From NCBI GenBank assembly GCA_964459225.1, contig CAYWKB010000002.1:2016-66015 (forward strand): 64,000 nt of DNA. The letters are read 5' to 3'. Position numbers and translations under genes: made by a program. The notes under the pieces are model-generated. The model did no database searches. It saw nothing but the letters and a program-made list of their open reading frames with translations, and had not been told where the DNA came from. Origin of the DNA: an uncultured Candidatus Saccharibacteria bacterium (GTDB taxonomy: Bacteria; Patescibacteriota; Minisyncoccia; Phycocordibacterales; PALSA-1337). This document shows positions 9,063 to 17,971 of the stretch, piece by piece (position 1 is the first letter of the stretch; each line of letters opens with the position of its first letter).

Positions 9063-9107
9063 AAACCCGCCTACGATTTCGACGTAGTGCGGGTGCATGA
9101 TTAATTG
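9063..9107 (-). terminator. Second repeated terminator family, copy 2
   Basis: aaaacccgcctacgatttcgacgtagtgcgggtgcatgattaattg lies downstream of minus-strand ORF 9123..9581. Confidence 0.6.
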
Positions 9108-9122
9108 TATTGTGTTCATTAG

Positions 9123-9581
9123 TCACAATACGTAAGCTTGCTTCAGATCAAAATCGATTACGCGTGCTTGACCTTTATCGATATCTATTTCTTGAAAACA
9201 CACCGCCTTATCAAACATACGGCAGCCTATAATAGTAGGCAAAAAACTCGTATACTCAAAGTGGGTGACTATGATTAGTGTACCCACAGCATCCCTACGT
9301 GGTATGATTATTTGATCGATTACTTCGTTGTGTTTTGGCGCGCATTGTTCTGACGAGTAAAGGATATTTTCGGTTCTATACCTTCCAATACCCAATGTTC
9401 TCATAATAATAGCAGCACTATCGGTGGCTCGAGTAGAAACAGATGATACCAATTCCGTCTCATTTGGGTTAGTAACTGCTGCGATTTTACAAGCAAGCTC
9501 ACTGATTTGTCTTTCACCTGTGGTGGTTAAGGATCCTCTAGCATTGTAATCTCCATGACGAACAACAATTATTTTTTTCAT
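9123..9581 (-). CDS. Histidine phosphatase superfamily protein (SixA-like phosphohistidine phosphatase size and motifs)
   Basis: N-terminal VVRHGDY (RHG catalytic motif) and a later TH (IIVTHFEY) in about 150 aa, consistent with SixA-type branch-1 histidine phosphatases. Confidence 0.55.
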   Translation of the reverse strand: MKKIIVVRHGDYNARGSLTTTGERQISELACKIAAVTNPNETELVSSVSTRATDSAAIIMRTLGIGRYRTENILYSSEQCAPKHNEVIDQIIIPRRDAVGTLIIVTHFEYTSFLPTIIGCRMFDKAVCFQEIDIDKGQARVIDFDLKQAYVL

Positions 9582-9707
9582 AATTTTTGCTTTCTACCTG
9601 AATAATATTAATCAGGCTTTCTGATCAATAATGTAACATATGAGTATAAATAGGCAATTAGGTAGTATTGACCTTACTATTCAAATCGTTTATATTTTAG
9701 TAGTCAT

Positions 9708-9735
9708 TAGAAAACGCCAACCTGTGTGGCGTTTT
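9708..9735. terminator. Hairpin terminator
   Basis: aaaacgccaacctgtgtggcgtttt. Confidence 0.5.
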
Positions 9736-9854
9736 CCTTTTACCTCTAACCTATATAACACTTCTGAAACTTTTGTGATCTAAATGTTTGGCTTTCAGAA
9801 CCTATTATACAAGGTGATGGTATAAAGACAGGCATACAATCCTTAAATTCAATA

Positions 9855-10143
9855 CTATATAATTACTAGAAAAAGTATTCCACTTATAAGTAAGGGTAGA
9901 ACATATAGCACAGAGGCTATGATTGTCTCCGAGTTCGATTTGTTTGATTTCAAGCTTATAAAAAAGGCTGAGGGTAAGGATAATATAAAGATTGCTAACC
10001 CACTCCAAAATAAAGGTTGAATATTGGGGCATGCATTCGGACCTAATCCGCAAGCACCTGCAGTTACAAACATAAAAAATATTACTGCAATTGGAAGTGC
10101 TACGAGAAAAATAGTAGATAAAACTTTAGTTATTATTTTCATA
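9855..10143 (-). CDS. Small membrane protein (about 95 aa from MKIITK), with three hydrophobic segments and a CGLGPNAC motif
   Basis: Hydrophobic ORF. The track start at 10172 is probably too early. The overlapping ORF 9805..10053 in another frame is ignored. Confidence 0.35.
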
Positions 10144-10339
10144 CAATTAATCTTACCATGAATTAACAACATTCACACATTCATCATTTAATTATTTAAA
10201 ACCATAGCAAATACGAATTTCCATTTTATCTACTTTGAAGCCGTCCTTATAATTGACATATCTATCAAGTATGGTATTGTATTTTCGGTGATGTTGCTGG
10301 TAGAAAACTAGCATTAACAATTAAACGAAAGTTTGTCAG

Positions 10340-11002
10340 ATGAAAACAAGTGGAAGTATCCCAGAAATCATTCGTAACAGCAGCGATGTCTATGAGGGAA
10401 ATCTTATAGAATATTTCAAAATTGTGTTCAGAAGCGCAAACAACCTTCGAAATCCGTACCATAATTTCAGGCACATGTTCCATGTGCTTTGGCTATGCTA
10501 CCAAGCATGCATATTCTACGGAGATAGGTTGACGAAGCGAGAGAAGAGGAATTTGCTGATCGCTGCCCTTTTTCATGACTTCAATCACACAGGTACTCAA
10601 GTCAACGATGATATCAACATTATGCTGGCAACCAGGGGTCTGATGCAATTTATACTGAATGAAGACCGAACCTATTTCATGGAAATCATTGAACTTATAA
10701 AATGCACCGAATACCCATACAAGACTCCATCTGGAGAGATTGGTCTCATGCAGCAAGTAATTCGTGACGCTGACTTAGGCCAAGTATTCAGCACTGCATG
10801 GATTCAACAAGTAGTATTTGGTCTGGCTACGGAGTGGAATAGGGAGCCTCTAGACATACTCAAAATACAAGCTCCTTTCTTAAGATATCTAAGATTCTAT
10901 AGCGAATGGGGACAAGAGATGTTCCCTGAATCAGTCATCAAAGAAAAAATTGATGAGGCGAATGAAATACTTGGTTTGCTAACCGATACGGGTGTTCAGT
11001 AA
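10340..11002 (+). CDS. HD-domain phosphohydrolase
   Basis: The motifs YHNFRHMFHV (H...H), ALFHDFNH (HD) and IRDADL (D) match the HD metal-binding signature. GC is elevated. Confidence 0.65.
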   Translation: MKTSGSIPEIIRNSSDVYEGNLIEYFKIVFRSANNLRNPYHNFRHMFHVLWLCYQACIFYGDRLTKREKRNLLIAALFHDFNHTGTQVNDDINIMLATRGLMQFILNEDRTYFMEIIELIKCTEYPYKTPSGEIGLMQQVIRDADLGQVFSTAWIQQVVFGLATEWNREPLDILKIQAPFLRYLRFYSEWGQEMFPESVIKEKIDEANEILGLLTDTGVQ

Positions 11003-11327
11003 TCATTCTGACACCAGAAAAAAACATCAACCGAGTCCTTGGGCTCGGTTGTTTTTTATTTAAAATATTTCACAAAGCTCAGTCTGGATGTTCGATTTGC
11101 CTCCCAGGCATCATGTAAGTAAAAGAAAATACCGGACAGGCCGGTACCTTCTTTTACGCATGAACCCATTGCGTGGCTTTCAGAACTTACTAAACAGGGA
11201 GATTATATCAAAAGTAGTATTCAAAATCTTTCCTTGCTTATGGTCCGATAAGCTCACAACATTCACTCATTCACTTTGTACGATATAAAAAAGTGCCCAC
11301 ACCCTCCGAAGAGAATAGGGCACTTGA

Positions 11328-11912
11328 TTAACGACGGTTCTTGAACGCTATTACTAACGCCAAGCTTCCGTTACCCAGTAAACCTACGCACACTGGGTGA
11401 ATGAACTGTTGCCACGTAGTGGTCTTGTCCAGCAAAAGAGCTGTTGTCATCAAGACGTATGTTGTCGTGGCGAGAGCCCAAGGAAGCACTTGCTCCTTTG
11501 CAACTCCTGCCAAAACTCCACGAATGGCGGGTATGAATGAAACGAGCATCGCTGTCTGTAGTAGCAGGTTTGCCAATACAGGGTCTTTGCTCAATTTCCA
11601 CATCACACCAACCACGATAGCAATCACGCCCGCCACGATGTCGAACCTGTTGATTTTACTGAACTTCCCTCGATAGAATGCGTAGAAGAAAATCGCGAGA
11701 AGACCAACGGTTGAGGCGAGAGTAACGCTAGATTTCCAAGGGTTGTGTCCGTTCGTCAGAAAGTAGGTGGCAAGGTTCATCACCGAGACCACCGACCTCA
11801 CGAAAAACGTAACAGGATTTGGAGTGATTTTGCCCTGTGCGGTTTTCACCAGATACAGGACAGGGACTACGAGCAGGATTATGCTCGCAATCAATAACAG
11901 AATGTTGTTCAC
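11328..11912 (-). CDS. Integral membrane protein (about 6 TM segments), hypothetical; GC about 50%
   Basis: Hydrophobic profile. Base composition differs strongly from the core genes. Confidence 0.5.
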   Translation of the reverse strand: MNNILLLIASIILLVVPVLYLVKTAQGKITPNPVTFFVRSVVSVMNLATYFLTNGHNPWKSSVTLASTVGLLAIFFYAFYRGKFSKINRFDIVAGVIAIVVGVMWKLSKDPVLANLLLQTAMLVSFIPAIRGVLAGVAKEQVLPWALATTTYVLMTTALLLDKTTTWQQFIHPVCVGLLGNGSLALVIAFKNRR

Positions 11913-12564
11913 GAGCTATCCTTTTGTTTGGGTTTGTTGTAAAAAGCCTATTCGTACCAACACTTGTATCATAACATATAAATAATACATTGTCTATAGT
12001 TATTTCAGAACTAGAGAAATAGTGTTATTTATAAACGTTTTTATAACAACTTATTAAATTTATAAAATTTTTACTATGCGAATTGTGACCAACAACGGGA
12101 CATACGTCGAACTTTTGTAGAAGTACTTAAGTTGTTGACAATCTCTAATACCGAATACTCTTCGGATACTAAAAAGTAAGATCTTACTGATTGAGTACCT
12201 GTAAGACCAAGTATGCGGGAGACTCGTAGATAGTGAATATCACTTGTACGTTACATAGTCTTACGATACTATATACGTGGATTAGTAACATACTTCACGT
12301 AACCCTCACAAACTATGAGTGACTCAAAGCTAGACAAATACCTGGAAAGAGTAGGGCACACGGAGTGTCCTGGTGTTCTAAATCAATGTGAACCGAGAGG
12401 AAGACATTACCATCAGCGGAGTAAGACAGAATTGCTTCGATCAATAGGCGTTTAAGAAGGATTTGATCAAAATCACCAGAACACCAATCGCATGTACGTG
12501 CTGTTCAGGTATCTGATAGTATCGCATCTAACAGTTACTAGGGTAACACAAAGGAGCACCTCAT

Positions 12565-12792
12565 ATGGAAACCAATGAAGTTGATCAGTTTCTTTCCCAA
12601 CTCAAGCATACTGAATTCCCAACAGTTCTGGAAGTATTTGACATTGAACGACAAAAGATGTCACTGGATGATCAATCAAATATTGCCAAACTTTCTGACT
12701 TATTAGACCTTGTTCGGGCTAGTTCCCCGGAACACCAATTATATGTGCGTGCATCTGACCGTACGGATTCGTTGTCCTTCACTAGTGATTAA
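12565..12792 (+). CDS. Hypothetical acidic small protein (75 aa) with a strong Shine-Dalgarno sequence
   Basis: AAAGGAG lies 7 nt upstream of the ATG, and a hairpin terminator at 12812-12838 (aagagggctgtcaaaggccctctt) follows. Confidence 0.4.
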   Translation: METNEVDQFLSQLKHTEFPTVLEVFDIERQKMSLDDQSNIAKLSDLLDLVRASSPEHQLYVRASDRTDSLSFTSD

Positions 12793-12961
12793 TAATCTAA
12801 TTGCGAATCTCCAAGAGGGCTGTCAAAGGCCCTCTTTCTGTTGAATCAACGACTCGCTTATCTACATTTACAAGAGTGCTGTACAAAGGTCATATAGTCT
12901 AGCAATCAACACATACTTGTGTTTTGTGGTATATGGTAAAAGTTGCAGGACATGGCAAGTG

Positions 12962-13033
12962 TGACCCTACAGGGAATCGAACCCTGATTACCGCCTTGAG
13001 AAGGCGATGTCCTAGCCGTTAGACGATAGGGCC
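12962..13033 (-). tRNA. tRNA-Glu (anticodon CUC)
   Basis: Folded by hand as a cloverleaf. Acceptor stem GGCCCTA/TAGGGTC, anticodon stem TCGCC/GGCGG with loop TTCTCAA, T-arm CAGGG-TTCGATT-CCCTG. Its 3' end faces the island. Confidence 0.75.
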
Positions 13034-13057
13034 GTATTTTATTTATTACTATTACTT

Positions 13058-13158
13058 AAAGGGGTGAAATATGTGTCTTGAAAGCCCGAGGACTGTCTGA
13101 GCGTAGCGATAGCGAAGCGAGTTACGCAGGGCTTGAAAGACATATATTTCACCCCTTT
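13058..13158. repeat. Long imperfect inverted repeat (about 30-bp arms, 41-bp GC-rich spacer) between tRNA-Glu and murF
   Basis: Left arm aaaggggtgaaatatgtgtcttgaaagccc and right arm gggcttgaaagacatatatttcaccccttt, with 3 mismatches. The spacer contains agcga repeats. Confidence 0.6.
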
Positions 13159-13175
13159 CTAAAATAACTCAAAAA

Positions 13176-14441
13176 TTACTTCTTAGCAAGCCATTCTGGC
13201 TCCTGTCTTACGAGTAAATCAGTGGCATTTTCACCATCACGCAAAAGTACTTTACATATCCTTTCCATTCTCATTGATTGAGAGCCTTTAACAAAAACAA
13301 CATCACCACTTGCAACAGTGCCCTTTAAATATTCAGAAGCTTCAATTGAATTATTGAATTTAATAGCATTATTGCTCATCACTTTTGATCTTTGACCAAC
13401 AGTAATCAAAATGTCGCATGATTGCATGGCTTGTATTCCAGCCTTTTTATGTTCTTCAATCGAAAAGCTACCAAGCTCCATCATATCTCCAATCACTGCT
13501 ATTCTCTTGCCACTTACTTGAAGTGACGCAAGAGTATTTAATCCCTCTTTTAATGCATCAGGAGATGAATTATAGCTATCATCTATTATTGTACTGCCAT
13601 TTATACCTCTCAAAATATTCATTCTACCTCTTGGCGATACATGCTTATCAAGTGAATTAATTATTTTAACTAGAGGAACATTTTTAGTTATACCAACTGC
13701 AATACCTGCAATTACTGGATATATCTGTTGCAATCCTAAAATTCCTTTAATTTTAATGGGCACACTATTGCCCTGTGTATTTATTTTAAATGACATGCCC
13801 ATTGGTATGCTTTCATTGTCATAAATGATTACTGGATCAGAGGCATTTACTGTTGCGATCTGCTTCATACCATATGATATACATTTTTGACTTACGCCTT
13901 TTGACATTTCAATCACTAACTTATCATCAGCAGAAAGGACAAGAACCCCATCAGATTTCAAAGTTTTTATTAAAAATGATTTTTCCTTAACCAAATCAGC
14001 GACAGTTGGGAATGCTTCAATATGTACAGGTACTTCCCCTATTTTAGTAATCACAACAATATCAGACTTTAGCCACTTTGATACACTTTGAATATCCCCC
14101 GGATGATCAGCACCAACTTCAAGCACTAAACATTTTGGATATTCAGATTTAAATAAAATCAATTCAAGTCCAACCAAAATATTTTCAATCCATGCAATAG
14201 GATCGCTCCATCCATTTTGACAACCAAGAATAGTTAATGGAACACCTATTTCGCTATTAAAACTTTTTTCACTTTTCCTAACATAAGTTGTATCAGATAA
14301 AACAGTAAAAATAGCATCCTTAGTAGATGTTTTACCAACACTTCCTGTTATTGAAATAATAAACGGATTGTACTTTTTGATAATTAATTTTGATTCAAAA
14401 ATCAAAATATTTGTAATAACTTTTTTAAAAAATGATTTCAT
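13176..14441 (-). CDS. murF: Mur ligase; most likely UDP-MurNAc-tripeptide--D-Ala-D-Ala ligase MurF
   Basis: P-loop ITGSVGKTSTKD (the MurF-type GSxGKTS) and a Mur ligase middle/C-terminal domain pattern. It is the last gene of the dcw block. Confidence 0.6.
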   Translation of the reverse strand: MKSFFKKVITNILIFESKLIIKKYNPFIISITGSVGKTSTKDAIFTVLSDTTYVRKSEKSFNSEIGVPLTILGCQNGWSDPIAWIENILVGLELILFKSEYPKCLVLEVGADHPGDIQSVSKWLKSDIVVITKIGEVPVHIEAFPTVADLVKEKSFLIKTLKSDGVLVLSADDKLVIEMSKGVSQKCISYGMKQIATVNASDPVIIYDNESIPMGMSFKINTQGNSVPIKIKGILGLQQIYPVIAGIAVGITKNVPLVKIINSLDKHVSPRGRMNILRGINGSTIIDDSYNSSPDALKEGLNTLASLQVSGKRIAVIGDMMELGSFSIEEHKKAGIQAMQSCDILITVGQRSKVMSNNAIKFNNSIEASEYLKGTVASGDVVFVKGSQSMRMERICKVLLRDGENATDLLVRQEPEWLAKK

Positions 14442-14446
14442 GGAAA

Positions 14447-16156
14447 TTATCTATCTGGTGGTATTTCGTAATAATTGATAAGTAACTTTGTCAGCTGAAT
14501 AAATGGATCTGTAAGGGTTTCGGAAGCGTATTGTGCACCCTTTGGATATATATGGTATAGGAAAACAATAAATTTAGGATTATAAGCTGGGAAATATCCA
14601 AAAAATGAATGCAAATACCTGTCTTTATAATACCCTCCATTTACAGGATCTGCAATCTGAGCAGTACCTGTCTTGGCTGCAATACTATAATGTTCCATTT
14701 TTACCTCGCCTTTTTTTAATGATTTATCAACGACGTTTATAAGCATATTTGTAACATCTTTTACTGATTCTTCATCAAATATTCTCTTACTTTTTATTTC
14801 TATATCCTTTTGATTACCATTTGTATACTCTATTCTTTTAATTATATGTGGAGTAACTAAATTGCCACCATTTGCAAGAGTAGCAAGTGCAGTAATTGTT
14901 TGAATTGGTGTCATTGATATTCCCTGTCCATATGATGCAGTTGCGATTTCAATATCTCTATGAGAAATTAGATTTTTAACTATTCCAGTTTGCTCATTTG
15001 GTTGATCGATATTTGTCTTTTCACCAAAACCTAAATTCAAAAAATATTTTGAAAAAGTTTCAGGTCCTGTTTTTAATGCAATTGTTGCTGCACCAACGTT
15101 TAATGATTGACTTAATACCTCTTGCATTGGTATTACACCTCTTGCCTTTCCATCGTAATTTGATATTTTCCTTCCATTAAGATTTAATGATCCTTCATCA
15201 TTATATGTTGACCTTGCATTAATCGCTCCAGAATCAATACCCACAGCCATTGTTAAAGGTTTAATAATCGAACCCATTTCATATGCGTCCTCTACAAGTG
15301 GATTAGAAAATATTCTCGCATCTTTTACATTTGATAAATCATTGGCATTAAAATTCGGTAATTTTGACATTGCATATATTTCGCCAGTATTTGGATCCAT
15401 AATTATTCCACCAATAGAATCAGAATTCCATTTTTCTTTTGTATCTAAAAGTGTCTTTTCAAGATATGAAGCAACTGTTGGTTCAATAGATGAGATTATA
15501 TCCCCTTCAACATTTTCTGAGCTCAACACTGTTTTTCTTAAATCAGAAAAAACCTCAGCAAAAAAATTAATATTACTCTGAGTTGATTTCCTAGTTAATA
15601 CATCTTCATAAAATCTCTCAAGACCATATCGTCCCGCCAATGCATTTGTCCTATCAAGCCCAATAAGTCCGATGGTATGTGATGAAAGTGAGTCTGCAGG
15701 ATATACGCGATAATTATCTTGTTGTGCAACAACGCCAGGTATATGAAGAGAATAAATTGACTGACCAGTTGCGGTATCAAGCTTTTTAATTAATTCAAAA
15801 TACTGATTGCTTTTATCATTTGCCTTTTCCTTAAATTGACCTTCTTCTATATCAATATATTGAGTTAATGCATCATAAACTTGATCAACATTTTGTATGT
15901 TTTTTGGATTAATTGAAATATTATAGCTTTGCTTCATAGTTGCAACCGCTATTTTGTCATCATTTTTTAAAGTAAAAAAAATACTTCCCCTATCAAAACC
16001 TTTTACATTAGGTTTAACATATTGCTTTTCTGCTTTTGAAATATATGTATCGCCTTTTATAATCTGAACATAGTAAAGTCTAAATACTATAACTAGTACA
16101 AAAAAAGAAATACAAGCTAAAATTATTCTAGTTCTAAATACAAAATTAGATTCCAT
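14447..16156 (-). CDS. ftsI: Penicillin-binding protein 2/FtsI-type transpeptidase
   Basis: N-terminal TM plus a dimerisation domain, then SIIKP (SxxK), SLN (SxN) and KTGTA (KTG) motifs. Confidence 0.85.
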   Translation of the reverse strand: MESNFVFRTRIILACISFFVLVIVFRLYYVQIIKGDTYISKAEKQYVKPNVKGFDRGSIFFTLKNDDKIAVATMKQSYNISINPKNIQNVDQVYDALTQYIDIEEGQFKEKANDKSNQYFELIKKLDTATGQSIYSLHIPGVVAQQDNYRVYPADSLSSHTIGLIGLDRTNALAGRYGLERFYEDVLTRKSTQSNINFFAEVFSDLRKTVLSSENVEGDIISSIEPTVASYLEKTLLDTKEKWNSDSIGGIIMDPNTGEIYAMSKLPNFNANDLSNVKDARIFSNPLVEDAYEMGSIIKPLTMAVGIDSGAINARSTYNDEGSLNLNGRKISNYDGKARGVIPMQEVLSQSLNVGAATIALKTGPETFSKYFLNLGFGEKTNIDQPNEQTGIVKNLISHRDIEIATASYGQGISMTPIQTITALATLANGGNLVTPHIIKRIEYTNGNQKDIEIKSKRIFDEESVKDVTNMLINVVDKSLKKGEVKMEHYSIAAKTGTAQIADPVNGGYYKDRYLHSFFGYFPAYNPKFIVFLYHIYPKGAQYASETLTDPFIQLTKLLINYYEIPPDR

Positions 16157-16475
16157 TTTGATTAGCCATAGCAGTGATTTTACCTTTTGAAATATATGAT
16201 GTTATTTCAGTACTCTTAAATCCCTTTGCATTTGCTAATTCAATATTAATTGAATTTTTGATTGTAAAATATTTTGCCTCTAATTCACTTACTGTTGTAC
16301 CCAAAACTCTATTTTCCTTAACTATTTTTTCCCTTTCAACTACATTTGAAATAACATTTTGCAAAAAATATACATATAAAAATGACAGAGACATAATACC
16401 AACAATTAAAATTTGAAAAATCCTATCTCTATAACTAAATACTGTATTAATATTATTTGCTATTACTTGTGTCAT
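16146..16475 (-). CDS. ftsL: FtsL-like cell division protein (single TM plus coiled coil)
   Basis: Positioned between rsmH and ftsI. Single TM helix followed by a short coiled-coil region. Confidence 0.5.
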   Translation of the reverse strand: MTQVIANNINTVFSYRDRIFQILIVGIMSLSFLYVYFLQNVISNVVEREKIVKENRVLGTTVSELEAKYFTIKNSINIELANAKGFKSTEITSYISKGKITAMANQNGI

Positions 16476-16477
16476 GT

Positions 16478-17380
16478 TTATATTTTTTCTAATATTCTTA
16501 ATTTTGCACTTCTTGATCTTGCATTATTTGAAATTTCTTCTTCACTTGGTGTTATTGGTCTTTTTGTAATTATGAGACCATCACCCGCATCTGCTCTTTC
16601 TTTATTAAAATTTTTAACAATTCTATCTTCCAAACTGTGGAATGAAATCACTGCTATTCTGCCTCCCTTTTCCAATCTTTCAAATCCATTTACTAGACCC
16701 TTTTTTAAAGTATTTAACTCATCATTTACTGCAATTCTCAAGGCTTGAAATGTCTTTGTTGCTGGATGTAATCTTCCATGTCTATAAAATGAAGGTACGG
16801 CACTTGTTATGATTTCAACCAATTCGCTTGTTGTTTCAATTGATTTCTTTTGTCTATAATTTGCTATTGCCCTAGCTATTCTTCTTGAATACTTTTCTTC
16901 ACCATAACCATATATAACATCTGCAATATTGTTTTCCTCCCAAGTATTTACAATTATTTTTGCTGTTAAATCACCTTCTACAAAATCCTTTTTAAAGGTC
17001 ATAAGTAGTGGCTCATCATTTTTAAATGTAAATCCTCTGCCAGATGTTTCAAATTGATCTGATGAAAGTCCTAAATCAAGCATAATCCTATTTACCTTTT
17101 TTATATTTAATTTATCTAGTACTGATGAAATGTCACCATAACTAGATTCAATTAAATGAATTTTTGCATCATTGTATTTTGCAAGTCTTTCTTTTGATCT
17201 TTTTAGAGCTTCTGTATCTCTATCAAGACCAATTGCTGTTATGTTTTTATATTTACTTAAAACATAATCAGTGTGACCTGCACTTCCCAATGTTCCATCA
17301 AGATAAATATCGCCATCTTGGATATTTAGACCATCAATTGATTCTTTTAAAAGAACTGTCTTATGTATCAAATTATCCAT
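16478..17380 (-). CDS. rsmH: 16S rRNA (cytosine1402-N4)-methyltransferase RsmH/MraW
   Basis: GTLGSAGHT, LDLGLSSDQ and the conserved dcw position. Confidence 0.9.
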   Translation of the reverse strand: MDNLIHKTVLLKESIDGLNIQDGDIYLDGTLGSAGHTDYVLSKYKNITAIGLDRDTEALKRSKERLAKYNDAKIHLIESSYGDISSVLDKLNIKKVNRIMLDLGLSSDQFETSGRGFTFKNDEPLLMTFKKDFVEGDLTAKIIVNTWEENNIADVIYGYGEEKYSRRIARAIANYRQKKSIETTSELVEIITSAVPSFYRHGRLHPATKTFQALRIAVNDELNTLKKGLVNGFERLEKGGRIAVISFHSLEDRIVKNFNKERADAGDGLIITKRPITPSEEEISNNARSRSAKLRILEKI

Positions 17381-17386
17381 ATACTG

Positions 17387-17830
17387 TTATATTATTCCTA
17401 CTGATCCCAGCTTTTCGGCTAATGCATCAGTTTTCTTTTCAACAGTTGTACGATAACTCGACCATACTTTTTCATCCCAAACTTCAACTCTATTTAGAAC
17501 ACCTATTATTGCAACTTTTTCTTTTAAACCTGCATGTTCACAAAGATGAGTTGGAATAAGTATTCTACCTATTGAGTCTACTTCAACCTCTGTAGCACGA
17601 CCGAATATTATTCGGTTAAAGTTACGATTATCAGCTTGCAAAACTGATGAAGAATCTGGTCTCGATAGTCTCTCTGCGAATTCTTGCCATCCCTTTAAAG
17701 TAAAAATGAAGAGACAGCTATCTATCCCGGGAGCAATGACTACAGTGTTTCCCATTTCCTTTCTAAATTTAGAAGGAAGAGAAACTCTGCTTTTGTCGTC
17801 TATCGTGTGCAGATGTTCTCCGATTAGCAT
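17387..17830 (-). CDS. mraZ: Transcriptional regulator MraZ
   Basis: Tandem MraZ half-domains (IDDKSRVSLP ... VDSIGRILIP). Confidence 0.85.
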   Translation of the reverse strand: MLIGEHLHTIDDKSRVSLPSKFRKEMGNTVVIAPGIDSCLFIFTLKGWQEFAERLSRPDSSSVLQADNRNFNRIIFGRATEVEVDSIGRILIPTHLCEHAGLKEKVAIIGVLNRVEVWDEKVWSSYRTTVEKKTDALAEKLGSVGII

Positions 17831-17971
17831 AACTTTTTTGTGAAAAGAAATTATTTCCTACTTCTTCCCACTTACATACCATTTTATCCCACATCACTTA
17901 ACAATGCAAACAAAATTGCCCACTTTATGTGGACAACTTTGTAAAAAATATTTAATTAGAAAAATTTAATA

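Noticed and set aside
9805-10053. 82-aa minus-strand ORF overlapping the small membrane-protein ORF 9855..10143 in another frame
   Set aside because: Overlaps a more plausible hydrophobic ORF. No supporting signals.
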